Source of the DNA: Myxococcales bacterium
Lineage (GTDB): Bacteria > Myxococcota_A > Polyangia > Nannocystales > Nannocystaceae
Assembly (NCBI GenBank): GCA_020633295.1
Contig: JACKDW010000001.1
Coordinates: forward strand, 1,341,828 to 1,405,827
DNA length: 64,000 nt
Reading direction: 5' to 3'
A program made the position numbers and the translations under genes. Shown here one piece after another: positions 47,811 through 56,180 of the stretch. Within the stretch, counting starts at the first letter, position 1. The number at the start of each line of letters is the position of its first letter. Under the pieces are notes generated by a model, which worked only from the letters and a program-made list of their open reading frames with translations, had not been told where the DNA came from and made no database searches.

Positions 47811-49490
47811 ATGCCGTACGAGACCCACGAAGTCCTCAACCAACCGCCGCCGCTCGCCGGCTACAACCTGTTCACGAGCGACGCGCCGCTGCGCGACGCG
47901 ATCCTGCGCGCCGGGGTCGACTGGGCGCGCGAGCGCCTGACTCGCTACGGCGCGGAGCTCGGCGCGCCCGAGTTCATCGATCAGGGTCGCCTCGCCAACG
48001 AGCACCCGCCGCGGCTGCGCACGCACGACCGCTACGGCCGCCGCATCGACGAGGTCGAGTTCCACCCGGCCTACCACGCGCTGATGACCAAGGGCGTCGC
48101 GGCGCGGGTGCACGCGCTGCCGTGGATCGAGTCGCCGCCCGCCGGCGCCCACACGGTGCGCGTCGCCCAGCACTACATGCTCACGCAGATCGAGGCCGGC
48201 GTCGGCTGCCCGCTGACGATGACCTTCGCGGGGCCGCCCGCGCTGCGCAAGCAGCCCGAGCTCGCCGACGAGTGGATCCCGCGGCTCGTCAGCGACGAGT
48301 ACGACCCGCGGATGATCCCGCCCGAGCGCAAGCGCGGCTGCCTCATGGGCATGGCGATGACCGAGAAGCAGGGCGGCTCGGACGTGCGCGCGAACACGAC
48401 CCGCGCCGCGCCGGCGAGCTCGCGCGAGGGCCCGGGCGCCGAGTACCTGCTGACCGGGCACAAGTGGTTCTGCTCCGCGCCCATGTGCGACGTGTTCCTG
48501 ACGCTCGCGCACACGCGGCGCGGCCTGACCTGCTTCCTCGTGCCGCGCTGGCGCCCCGACGGCGTCCGCAACAACCTCCGCATCCAGCGGCTCAAGGACA
48601 AGCTCGGCAACCGCTCGAACGCCTCGAGCGAGATCGAGTACGACGGCACCTGGGCGCGCATGGTCGGCGACGAGGGCCGCGGGATCCCGACCATCATCGA
48701 GATGGTCAACCACACGCGCCTCGACTGCGTGGTCGGCTCGGCCGGGATCATGCGGCAGGCCGTGGCTCAGGCGCTGCACCACGCGCGGCACCGCAGCGCG
48801 TTCGGCAAGCGCCTCATCGAGCAGCCGCTCATGCGCAACGTGCTCGCCGACCTCGCGCTCGAGTCCGAGGCCGCGACGACCACCGCGCTGTGGCTCGCGG
48901 GCACCTACGAGCGTGAGGACGCGCGCCCGCTCTCGCGCGTCGCCACCGCGATCGCCAAGTACTGGGTCTGCAAGCGCTGCCCCGGGCTGGTCTACGAGGC
49001 GCTCGAGTGCCACGGGGGCGCGGGCTACGTCGAGGAGTCGATCATGCCGCGGCTGTACCGCGAGGCGCCGCTGAGCTCGATCTGGGAGGGCTCCGGCAAC
49101 GTCATGTGCCTCGACGTCCTCCGCGCCATGTCGCGAGAGCCAGACTCACTCGCGGCGCTGCTCGCCGAGCTCGCGCGCGCGCGCGGGGCCGACCGCCGGC
49201 TCGACGCGCACCTCGATCGCCTCCAGGCCGCGCTCGCGGACCAGCGCGAGCTCCAGCACCGCGCGCGCGCGATCGTCGAGGCGCTCGCGCTCGCGCTGCA
49301 GGCCGGGCTGCTCGTCCGCCTCGCGCCCGCGCCGGTCGCCGACGCGTTCTGCGCGGCGCGCCTCGGCGGCGCCTCGGGGCTCGCCTACGGCGCGCTGCCC
49401 CCCGGCGTCGAGCTCGACGCGATCCTCACGCGCGCGACGCCGGAGCTGGAGCCGCGCGACGCCGAGCGGCCGCCCGAGCGCGAGTACTGA
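47811..49490 (+). CDS. aidB: AidB-like acyl-CoA dehydrogenase
   Basis: 559-aa ORF. GMAMTEKQGGSDVRANTT, HKWFCSAP and LKDKLGNRSNASSEIEY are characteristic of the AidB subfamily. Confidence 0.9.
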   Translation: MPYETHEVLNQPPPLAGYNLFTSDAPLRDAILRAGVDWARERLTRYGAELGAPEFIDQGRLANEHPPRLRTHDRYGRRIDEVEFHPAYHALMTKGVAARVHALPWIESPPAGAHTVRVAQHYMLTQIEAGVGCPLTMTFAGPPALRKQPELADEWIPRLVSDEYDPRMIPPERKRGCLMGMAMTEKQGGSDVRANTTRAAPASSREGPGAEYLLTGHKWFCSAPMCDVFLTLAHTRRGLTCFLVPRWRPDGVRNNLRIQRLKDKLGNRSNASSEIEYDGTWARMVGDEGRGIPTIIEMVNHTRLDCVVGSAGIMRQAVAQALHHARHRSAFGKRLIEQPLMRNVLADLALESEAATTTALWLAGTYEREDARPLSRVATAIAKYWVCKRCPGLVYEALECHGGAGYVEESIMPRLYREAPLSSIWEGSGNVMCLDVLRAMSREPDSLAALLAELARARGADRRLDAHLDRLQAALADQRELQHRARAIVEALALALQAGLLVRLAPAPVADAFCAARLGGASGLAYGALPPGVELDAILTRATPELEPRDAERPPEREY

Positions 49491-49502
49491 CGCGCGCGCC
49501 GG

Positions 49503-50144
49503 TCAGTACTCGAGCGTCTGCTTCACCTTGACCGAGCCCTTCTTCGGCTTGTCGAACTTCGCCTTCGTGATCTGCTTCTTGATACAGGACTCGAACTTCT
49601 TGTCCTCGTCCCCGCTCGACTCCGCCTTGAACCCGCTCGCGCGCCGCGTCGACTTGATCGTGAACGACGCCGTGAGGCTCCCGGAGAACTCCTCGGCGCG
49701 CCCGCGCGCCTCGTCCAGGCAGCCCTCGAGCGCGGGCTTGAGCTGCTCGATCGACCCCTTGACGCTGTCCTCCCCGAGCTGACCCGAGACCTCGAGCGCG
49801 CCCAGCTGCAGCGGCTTGATGACCGGCTCCGGCGGGAGATCGGGCGTCAGCGGGAGGTCCGGCGGCGTCGCGGTGTCGGTGTCGTCCCCGCCGGTCGTCT
49901 CGCCCGCCCCCTCGAGCTCGGGGAAGAACGGACGTCCCGTCACGGTCTCGAACAGCGCCAGCGCCTTGTCCTCGTAGATGAACGCGGCCGCGACGACGAG
50001 GCCGAGCGCCGCGAGGATCAGGACCAAAAAGATGTAGAGGGTCGAGCGCCGCGAGCCGAGATCGATCGCCTTGGGGCGCGAGGCCCTGATCTCGGCCTCG
50101 GTGGCCCCCTCAAACTCGTCAATGAACGTCCCTGGGCGCTTCAT
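49503..50144 (-). CDS. Single-pass membrane protein with a small C-terminal beta domain (TonB-C/AgmX-like, tentative)
   Basis: ATG at 50144 within track ORF 49503..50384. TM helix LYIFLVLILAALGLVVAAAFIY. Lys-rich C-terminal domain of lower GC. Confidence 0.65.
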   Translation of the reverse strand: MKRPGTFIDEFEGATEAEIRASRPKAIDLGSRRSTLYIFLVLILAALGLVVAAAFIYEDKALALFETVTGRPFFPELEGAGETTGGDDTDTATPPDLPLTPDLPPEPVIKPLQLGALEVSGQLGEDSVKGSIEQLKPALEGCLDEARGRAEEFSGSLTASFTIKSTRRASGFKAESSGDEDKKFESCIKKQITKAKFDKPKKGSVKVKQTLEY

Positions 50145-50470
50145 CCGGCTCCGCAGCTCGCTCGGAGTGTGCGTCTTTTCGGCCGATAACGCCAGCCGGG
50201 CCGCGGCGCTCACCACGCGGTGGGCGAGACGACGCTCCCCTCGCCGCGCGGCCGACGTCCGGGTGGCCGCGCGCGCGCGTCCGCGATCCTCCGCGCGCCG
50301 ATCGAGGGTCGATCGCGTGTCGCGGTCGATCGAGGACCTCCACACCGAGGTGGGGCCATGCGCCACAGGCTGCGCGCGCGTCACCCCGCACGCGCTCGCA
50401 GCACCAAAAGGACATGTCTATTTAGACATATTGAAACCCGAACGAGACCTCGCGCTGCTACGCTCGTGCC

Positions 50471-51646
50471 ATGAAGACGAGAGCAGCGGCGATCGGTGCC
50501 GCGGTCGCCATCGCGATCGCGGCGTGCGGTGACAACTCGCAGGAGGGCAGCTCCGCGAGCGCGACGAGCACGGGCACGGAGACCGAGTCGGGGACCGCGT
50601 CGAGCGACGCGCAGACGAGCCAGGGCCCCAACGCCTCGATCACCGCGACCGACCCGAGCTCCGGCATGTCGGCGTCGGCGACCGGCACGGACGCGACCGA
50701 GGGCACCGCCGCGAGCTCGGACTCCTCGGCGACGGAGCTGAGCGCGACGGCGGCGACGATGACGATGACCGACCCGACGATCACGGACCCGGAGACGTCG
50801 ACCACCGGGGACCCGACGATCGACCCCTCGACCGAGACCGACGACCCCTCGACCACCGACGCGACCACCGACGGCGACACCGACGCGACCACCGGCGACA
50901 ACACGACGGGCGCGCCCGACACGGACACCGACACGGACACCGACACCGGCGGCCTCGACGGGCTGTGGCTCATCACCGTCCACGACCTCACCACCCCGTC
51001 GAGCGTGTGGCGCATCGACATCGAGACCGGCGAGGGCCTGCAGCTGTGCGAGCTCGACGTCAACCACAACTACAACACGAGCACGTTCTCGCGCGACAAC
51101 ATCCTCTACGCCGCGAACGCGACGACCAAGGATCTCGAGATCATCGACCCGTGCACCTGCGCGCGCACGGTGGTCGGCCCGACCGGCGTCAACGCGCTGC
51201 CGGGCATCACCGCCGACCAGCTGTTCGGGCTCTACGGGCTCGAGACGACCCAGGACATCTTCGTCGACATCGACACCGACAACGGCATGGCGACGCCGAT
51301 CGGCGCGCTCGGGATCAACTGGGGCACCGGCGGGCTCACCTGGTCGGACGCGCTCAACGACACCTACGCGATCAACGGCAGCGACGATCGGCTCTACGTC
51401 ATCGACCACATTACCGGCATGGCGAACCAGCTGATCCAGACCAACTACAACTTCGGCAGCGTCGGCATCGAGTACCACTCGGCGACCGAGCAGCTGTTCG
51501 CGTGCTCCAACGACGGCGATCTGCTCGAGGTCGACATCGACACGGGCTCGGTCACGTCGATCGGCCCCATGGGGCTCGCCGGCGGCATCAAGTGCGACAA
51601 CCTCGCGGCGCCCTGGGCCGGCATCGCGTGCGTCGACAACCCGTAG
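50471..51646 (+). CDS. Lipoprotein with a Ser/Thr/Asp-rich linker and a beta-propeller-like C-terminal domain
   Basis: 391-aa ORF. Lipobox AIAIAAC and a DTDTDTDT microsatellite (about 50920..50950). The C-terminal part is non-repetitive and of normal composition. Confidence 0.75.
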   Translation: MKTRAAAIGAAVAIAIAACGDNSQEGSSASATSTGTETESGTASSDAQTSQGPNASITATDPSSGMSASATGTDATEGTAASSDSSATELSATAATMTMTDPTITDPETSTTGDPTIDPSTETDDPSTTDATTDGDTDATTGDNTTGAPDTDTDTDTDTGGLDGLWLITVHDLTTPSSVWRIDIETGEGLQLCELDVNHNYNTSTFSRDNILYAANATTKDLEIIDPCTCARTVVGPTGVNALPGITADQLFGLYGLETTQDIFVDIDTDNGMATPIGALGINWGTGGLTWSDALNDTYAINGSDDRLYVIDHITGMANQLIQTNYNFGSVGIEYHSATEQLFACSNDGDLLEVDIDTGSVTSIGPMGLAGGIKCDNLAAPWAGIACVDNP

Positions 51647-51698
51647 CGAGCGCGGCGCGCGGCGGGCTTCACCGGCGCGCGCCGGCGCGGCGAGCGAA

Positions 51699-52442
51699 TC
51701 AGAAGCCGACGCGGCGCATGACCGCGCGCGGGAGGTGCAGGATCACGAGCATGATCAGGCGCCAGATCGAGGGCGTGTAGATCATCGGCGTGCCGGCGTC
51801 GATGGCCTTGAGGACATCTCGCGCGACCTTCTCGGGCTCGCCCGCGAACGGCGGCGGCTTGAGGCCCGCGGTCATGCCGGTGTTGACGAAGCCGGGCTTG
51901 ACGCAGATCGTCACGAGCCCCTGATCGCGGAAGCGGTGGTCGAGGCTCTCGAGGTAGTGCGAGAGGCCGGCCTTGCTCGCGCCGTAGAGCGCCACGGGCT
52001 TGCGCCCGCGATCGCCGGCGACCGACGAGAACACGCACAGCGTGCCGCCGCCGCGCGCCATGAGCGTGGCGCGGGCGTGCTCGCAGAACACGACGGTGTT
52101 CGTGAAGTTGACCCGCAGCAGCAGCTCGGTTCGGTCGATGTCGGCCTCGAGCTGCTCCTGCGTGGCGAACAGCCCGGCCGTGACGACGACGACGTCGACG
52201 CGCCCGAGCGCCTCCTCGGCCGCGCGCAGCGCCGGCGCGAAGCTCTGCGTGTCGGAGAGATCGCAGGGCGCGTGCCCGCGAAACCCCTTGAAGTTCGGCG
52301 CGCGCACGGCCAGATCCGCGGCGCTGCGCTCGAGCTCCTCGGCGTCACGACCGAGCAGGAACACCCGGTCGCCGCGCTCCGCGAGCAGCCGCGCGAGCGC
52401 GCGCCCCATCCCGCGCGTGGCCCCCAGCATCACGATATTCAT
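51699..52442 (-). CDS. Short-chain dehydrogenase/reductase, DprE2-like partner of the adjacent FAD oxidase
   Basis: ATG at 52442 within track ORF 51699..52562. GATRGMGRALA (TGxxxGxG-type) and YGASKAG (YxxxK). Confidence 0.85.
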   Translation of the reverse strand: MNIVMLGATRGMGRALARLLAERGDRVFLLGRDAEELERSAADLAVRAPNFKGFRGHAPCDLSDTQSFAPALRAAEEALGRVDVVVVTAGLFATQEQLEADIDRTELLLRVNFTNTVVFCEHARATLMARGGGTLCVFSSVAGDRGRKPVALYGASKAGLSHYLESLDHRFRDQGLVTICVKPGFVNTGMTAGLKPPPFAGEPEKVARDVLKAIDAGTPMIYTPSIWRLIMLVILHLPRAVMRRVGF

Positions 52443-52491
52443 GGCGTCCTCGTCCTCGCTGCGCGGGCCTGCGGCCCGCAGACTCCTGTTG

Positions 52492-53907
52492 TCACGGCGC
52501 GTCCCCCAGAACGCGGACCGACTGCGCCGAGCGCAGCGCGCCCTCGGGATCCCAGCGCTCACGCACGGCGCTCCAGGCCGCGAGCCGCGGCTCCATGGCC
52601 GCGAAGTGCTCGGGCCGCGTGAACATGTCCTTGGCCAAGTAGATGCGCCCGCCCTCGCGGATCACCAGCTCGTTGAGCCGGTCCACGAGGCGCTGCGTGT
52701 CGTCGGTGATCGGGAAGTCGAGCGCCAGCGAGGTGCCGGCCATCGGGAACGAGAGCATGCCCTCGCCCTCGGGCCCGCAGTCCTTCATGATCGCCAGGTA
52801 GGGGACGCCGCCCTCGCGCGCCATGACCTCGAGGAGCCGGCGCACCGCGCTCACGCCGGCGGCGTTCGGGAGCACGCACTGGTACTGCGTGAAGCCGCGC
52901 GGCCCGTAGAGTCGGTTCCACCGGCGGAAGGTGTCGAGCGGGTAGAAGAAGTCCTCGAAGTGGCGCAGGCCGTGGCGCTTGTGCCGAGGGACGTGCTTGC
53001 GCACCAGCAGGCTGTAGAACAGCCCCACCGACCATCGCTGCCGCAGCGCGGCGGGCATCGAGAACGGCACGGTGACGCGACGCTTGAAGCGGACCGGGCG
53101 CCCGCCCGCCTCCTCGGCCGTCGCCCAGCGCCCGTAGTCGAGGATGCCGCGGCCGAGCTGCTCGCCGCGCGCGAGCCCGTCGACGATGCCGACCTGGTAC
53201 GGCCACTCGACGCTCGTCTCCTTGAGCCGCGCGATGAACTCGTCGAGGTCATCGACGCGCCGGCTCTCGGACCAGATCCACGGCGACGCGACGCGCCGCA
53301 TCGTGAACTCGACCTCGAGGATGTGCCCGGTGAGCCCCATGCCGCCGAAGGTCGCGAGCAGCAGGTCCGGGTGCTGGTCGCGCGAGACCTCGAGCACGCG
53401 CCCGTCCGCGACGCGCATCCGGAGCGCGCGCACGTGCTGGCTCGCGAAGCAGCCCGCGCGATGGTGCCCCTTGCCGTGCACGTCGGCGGCGACCATCCCG
53501 CCGAGCGTCACGAATTGCGTGCCCGGCGTGACCGGCGTGAACCAGCGACGCGGGATCATCAGGCGGTTGAGCTCGAGCAGCGAGAGCCCGGCCTCGGCCC
53601 GCAGCGCGCCGGTCTCGGGATCGAAATCGAGCACGCGATCGGCGAGCCGCGTGCCGAGCACGATCGGCTCGGACGACGGCGGCAGCGAGGAGTCGCCGTA
53701 GGAGCGCCCCAGCCCGCGCGAGAGCACCGCGCCCGCGCTCGCGCGCTCGATCCGCTCGCTGAGTCGTTCGCGTCCACGCGCGGGCACGTTGCCCCACCCG
53801 CTGAGCGTGGTCACGGGGACAGGCTCAGGCGCGCGTGCGTCGTGCGCGACGGGGCGCGACGGGCCGGACGACGCGGACGGAGCGCTTGCGATCTCGGTCA
53901 TGCTCAC
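52492..53907 (-). CDS. FAD-binding oxidoreductase, DprE1-like (decaprenylphosphoryl-ribose 2'-oxidase family)
   Basis: 471-aa ORF. LSRGLGRSYGDSSL, TLGGMVAADVHGKGHH and C-terminal GGRIYLAKD. Confidence 0.85.
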   Translation of the reverse strand: MSMTEIASAPSASSGPSRPVAHDARAPEPVPVTTLSGWGNVPARGRERLSERIERASAGAVLSRGLGRSYGDSSLPPSSEPIVLGTRLADRVLDFDPETGALRAEAGLSLLELNRLMIPRRWFTPVTPGTQFVTLGGMVAADVHGKGHHRAGCFASQHVRALRMRVADGRVLEVSRDQHPDLLLATFGGMGLTGHILEVEFTMRRVASPWIWSESRRVDDLDEFIARLKETSVEWPYQVGIVDGLARGEQLGRGILDYGRWATAEEAGGRPVRFKRRVTVPFSMPAALRQRWSVGLFYSLLVRKHVPRHKRHGLRHFEDFFYPLDTFRRWNRLYGPRGFTQYQCVLPNAAGVSAVRRLLEVMAREGGVPYLAIMKDCGPEGEGMLSFPMAGTSLALDFPITDDTQRLVDRLNELVIREGGRIYLAKDMFTRPEHFAAMEPRLAAWSAVRERWDPEGALRSAQSVRVLGDAP

Positions 53908-54023
53908 GGATGCGAGGAGCTCGCGCGGCGAGTGTAGCCGCAGCGCGGCCGCGTGCCCAGCGGCGCCGCGCCGCGCCGGCGCGCTCGCGAAGGGGGTGTA
54001 TCCTGCGAATCACGACCTCCCCC

Positions 54024-54656
54024 ATGGGCACGACAGGCGACATGACCAACGGACCCGCGAGAGCCCCACGCGTGCTCGTCGTGAGCGGCTCACGCCACCT
54101 CGAGAGCAACCTCCACGAGCTCGTGCGGATCGCGACCGAAGCCGCGCGCGCGGCCGGGGCCGAGCTCCAGACGCTCGCGCTGCACGAGCTCGACCTCCCG
54201 GTGATGCACTACAACGACCGGTCGCAGCGCGAGCTCCCGAGCGTGCGGCGCGTCCACGAGTCAGCGCGCTGGGCCGACGGCTTCATCCTCGCCACGCCCG
54301 AGTACCACGGCAACATGAGCGGCTGCCTCAAGAACTGGTTTGACTTCCTGTACGGCGAGCTCGCCGGCAAGTTCGCGGGCGTGATCGCCTGCACCGGCGG
54401 CGGCGGCGGGGACATGTCGATCACGTCCGTCAAGAACTCGTTCAACTGGTGCCACGGCTTCACGCTGCCGTTCCACGCGGCCGCGCGCAGCAGCGACTTC
54501 AAGGACGGCGCGCTCGTCAACCACAAGGTGCTCGACCGGGTGCAGCGCGTCGCCCACGACGTGGTCCGCTACGCGCCGCTGATCCGCAGCGCGTTCGACC
54601 AGGCCCGCCAGGACGGCGAGGGCGTGCGCTCGGGCGTCGCTGGCATGCACTCCTGA
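54024..54656 (+). CDS. NAD(P)H-dependent FMN reductase family protein
   Basis: ATG at 54024 (alternative 54042) within track ORF 53835..54656. VLVVSGSRH...ATPEYHGNMSGCLKNWFDF. Confidence 0.8.
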   Translation: MGTTGDMTNGPARAPRVLVVSGSRHLESNLHELVRIATEAARAAGAELQTLALHELDLPVMHYNDRSQRELPSVRRVHESARWADGFILATPEYHGNMSGCLKNWFDFLYGELAGKFAGVIACTGGGGGDMSITSVKNSFNWCHGFTLPFHAAARSSDFKDGALVNHKVLDRVQRVAHDVVRYAPLIRSAFDQARQDGEGVRSGVAGMHS

Positions 54657-54729
54657 GCGTCGACGCCCGCCGCCAGCACGCGCGACGCGGCGACCCGCCG
54701 TGGGCGAGTCGCCGCGAGCGTCATCGGGC

Positions 54730-55698
54730 TCAGGCCGGCTTGGTCCAGAACACGACGTCCGGCTCCGTGTAGTACAGCGTCTTGAGCTCGGTCTCGTCGC
54801 AGATCGGGATCTTGTAGCCGCCGCAGTCGATCTCCTCCGTGAGCCAGTCCGTGCGCAGCTTCTTGCCGCTGCAGACCATGCCGTCCGTGTCCCAGACGCC
54901 CTCGCTGTCCATGGGGAAGCCAGGACCCCAGCTGTTGACGCCCATCGAGTCCATGACGCGCAGCGGCGTGCCCGGGATCGTCAGCGAGTCGGCGTTGCCG
55001 CACGGCGACAGCATCGTCATGTAGATGCCGGCCTGGTACGCCTTGGGCCCGTGCTCCCAGGGCGAGACCCCCATCATGTCGACGGTCTTGCCGATGGAGC
55101 CGCTCGTGCACGCGAGGTACACGATGTCCGACACGTCGAACATCTTGCCGTCCTTGTCGAAGTCGACGTTGTCGAGCACGACCGACCAGAAGGTGCCAGG
55201 CTGGTCCGGATCCTCGTCGCAGGTCGGCATCTTGTCGGGCCCGGACGCGAGGTCGTTGAAGCGATACAGGTACTCGCTGCCGTTGTGGTTCATCTCCGCG
55301 ATGGTCAGCTGCACGCTGTCGCCGTCGAGCTGCATCTTCCAGATCGAGTCCAGGAACTGCCAGCCGTTGTGGATGACGCCCTTGTCGTCGCGGCAGAACA
55401 GCTCGCCTTCCTCCGCCCAGACGTGAACGCAGTCGGCCTCGATCTCCCCGAACGAGAGGCGAACGCTGGTGAGCTCGGTGTGGTTGTACTCCTTGAACAG
55501 GCCGTTGATCGCCGAGAACAGCTTGGCGCCCTGCTTGTTGGTGTTGAACTTGATGCCGCCGCCGTCGCGGTTCTCGACGTTCTCGACCGACTCGTGACCG
55601 TCGTCGTCGATGTAGTCCAAGTCCTCCGAATCCGCGTCACAGGCACACAGCGCGAGCCCCGTGGCCAGCAGCACCGACTTGTTGAAGAAGCTGTTCAT
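54730..55698 (-). CDS. ADYC-type lipoprotein paralogue
   Basis: ATG at 55698 preceded by GGAGGA. Lipobox ATGLALCAC. The C-terminal block LSPCGNADSLTIPGTPLRVMD...GVWDTDGMVCSGKKLR parallels the 38520..39559 protein. Confidence 0.75.
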   Translation of the reverse strand: MNSFFNKSVLLATGLALCACDADSEDLDYIDDDGHESVENVENRDGGGIKFNTNKQGAKLFSAINGLFKEYNHTELTSVRLSFGEIEADCVHVWAEEGELFCRDDKGVIHNGWQFLDSIWKMQLDGDSVQLTIAEMNHNGSEYLYRFNDLASGPDKMPTCDEDPDQPGTFWSVVLDNVDFDKDGKMFDVSDIVYLACTSGSIGKTVDMMGVSPWEHGPKAYQAGIYMTMLSPCGNADSLTIPGTPLRVMDSMGVNSWGPGFPMDSEGVWDTDGMVCSGKKLRTDWLTEEIDCGGYKIPICDETELKTLYYTEPDVVFWTKPA

Positions 55699-56180
55699 CG
55701 TTCGTCCTCCACCCGCGTCTCCGCGTATAAATGTCTCGTCCCGCGTGCTCCGGGGCCTGCGTAGCCGGGGGGGCTCGGGCCGGGGAGCCGGGGGTGTGGC
55801 GCGGTCTCCTCGCGCCACCGTCTCCACTTGGGCAGTGATTCCCGAGCGGTCAACAATTGCGCCCGTTCGAAAAAAAGTTCGAAACGGCGAGAAACCGGGG
55901 ATCGATTCCTCGATCGCGTGGTCTCAGCCCCACGGCTCGCGGGCCGGGGGCGAGCGCGCGCGGAGGCGCGCACGAGCCCGCGAGCCCGTACAGGTCGGGC
56001 CGACAGCTCGTCGCCGCCGGTCGCGTGACCGCTCGTCGCAGGGTGTAGGTGCTCTGGAAGTGTTCGCTCCCGCGGAATCAATTGCTTCCCCCGCGAGATT
56101 TCTTGCGCGCGCGTCGACGCAATTGCTGGGCGCGCTCGGGTCACTGCCCCCTTGGTGCCGGCCCCCGGCACGGTGAACGC

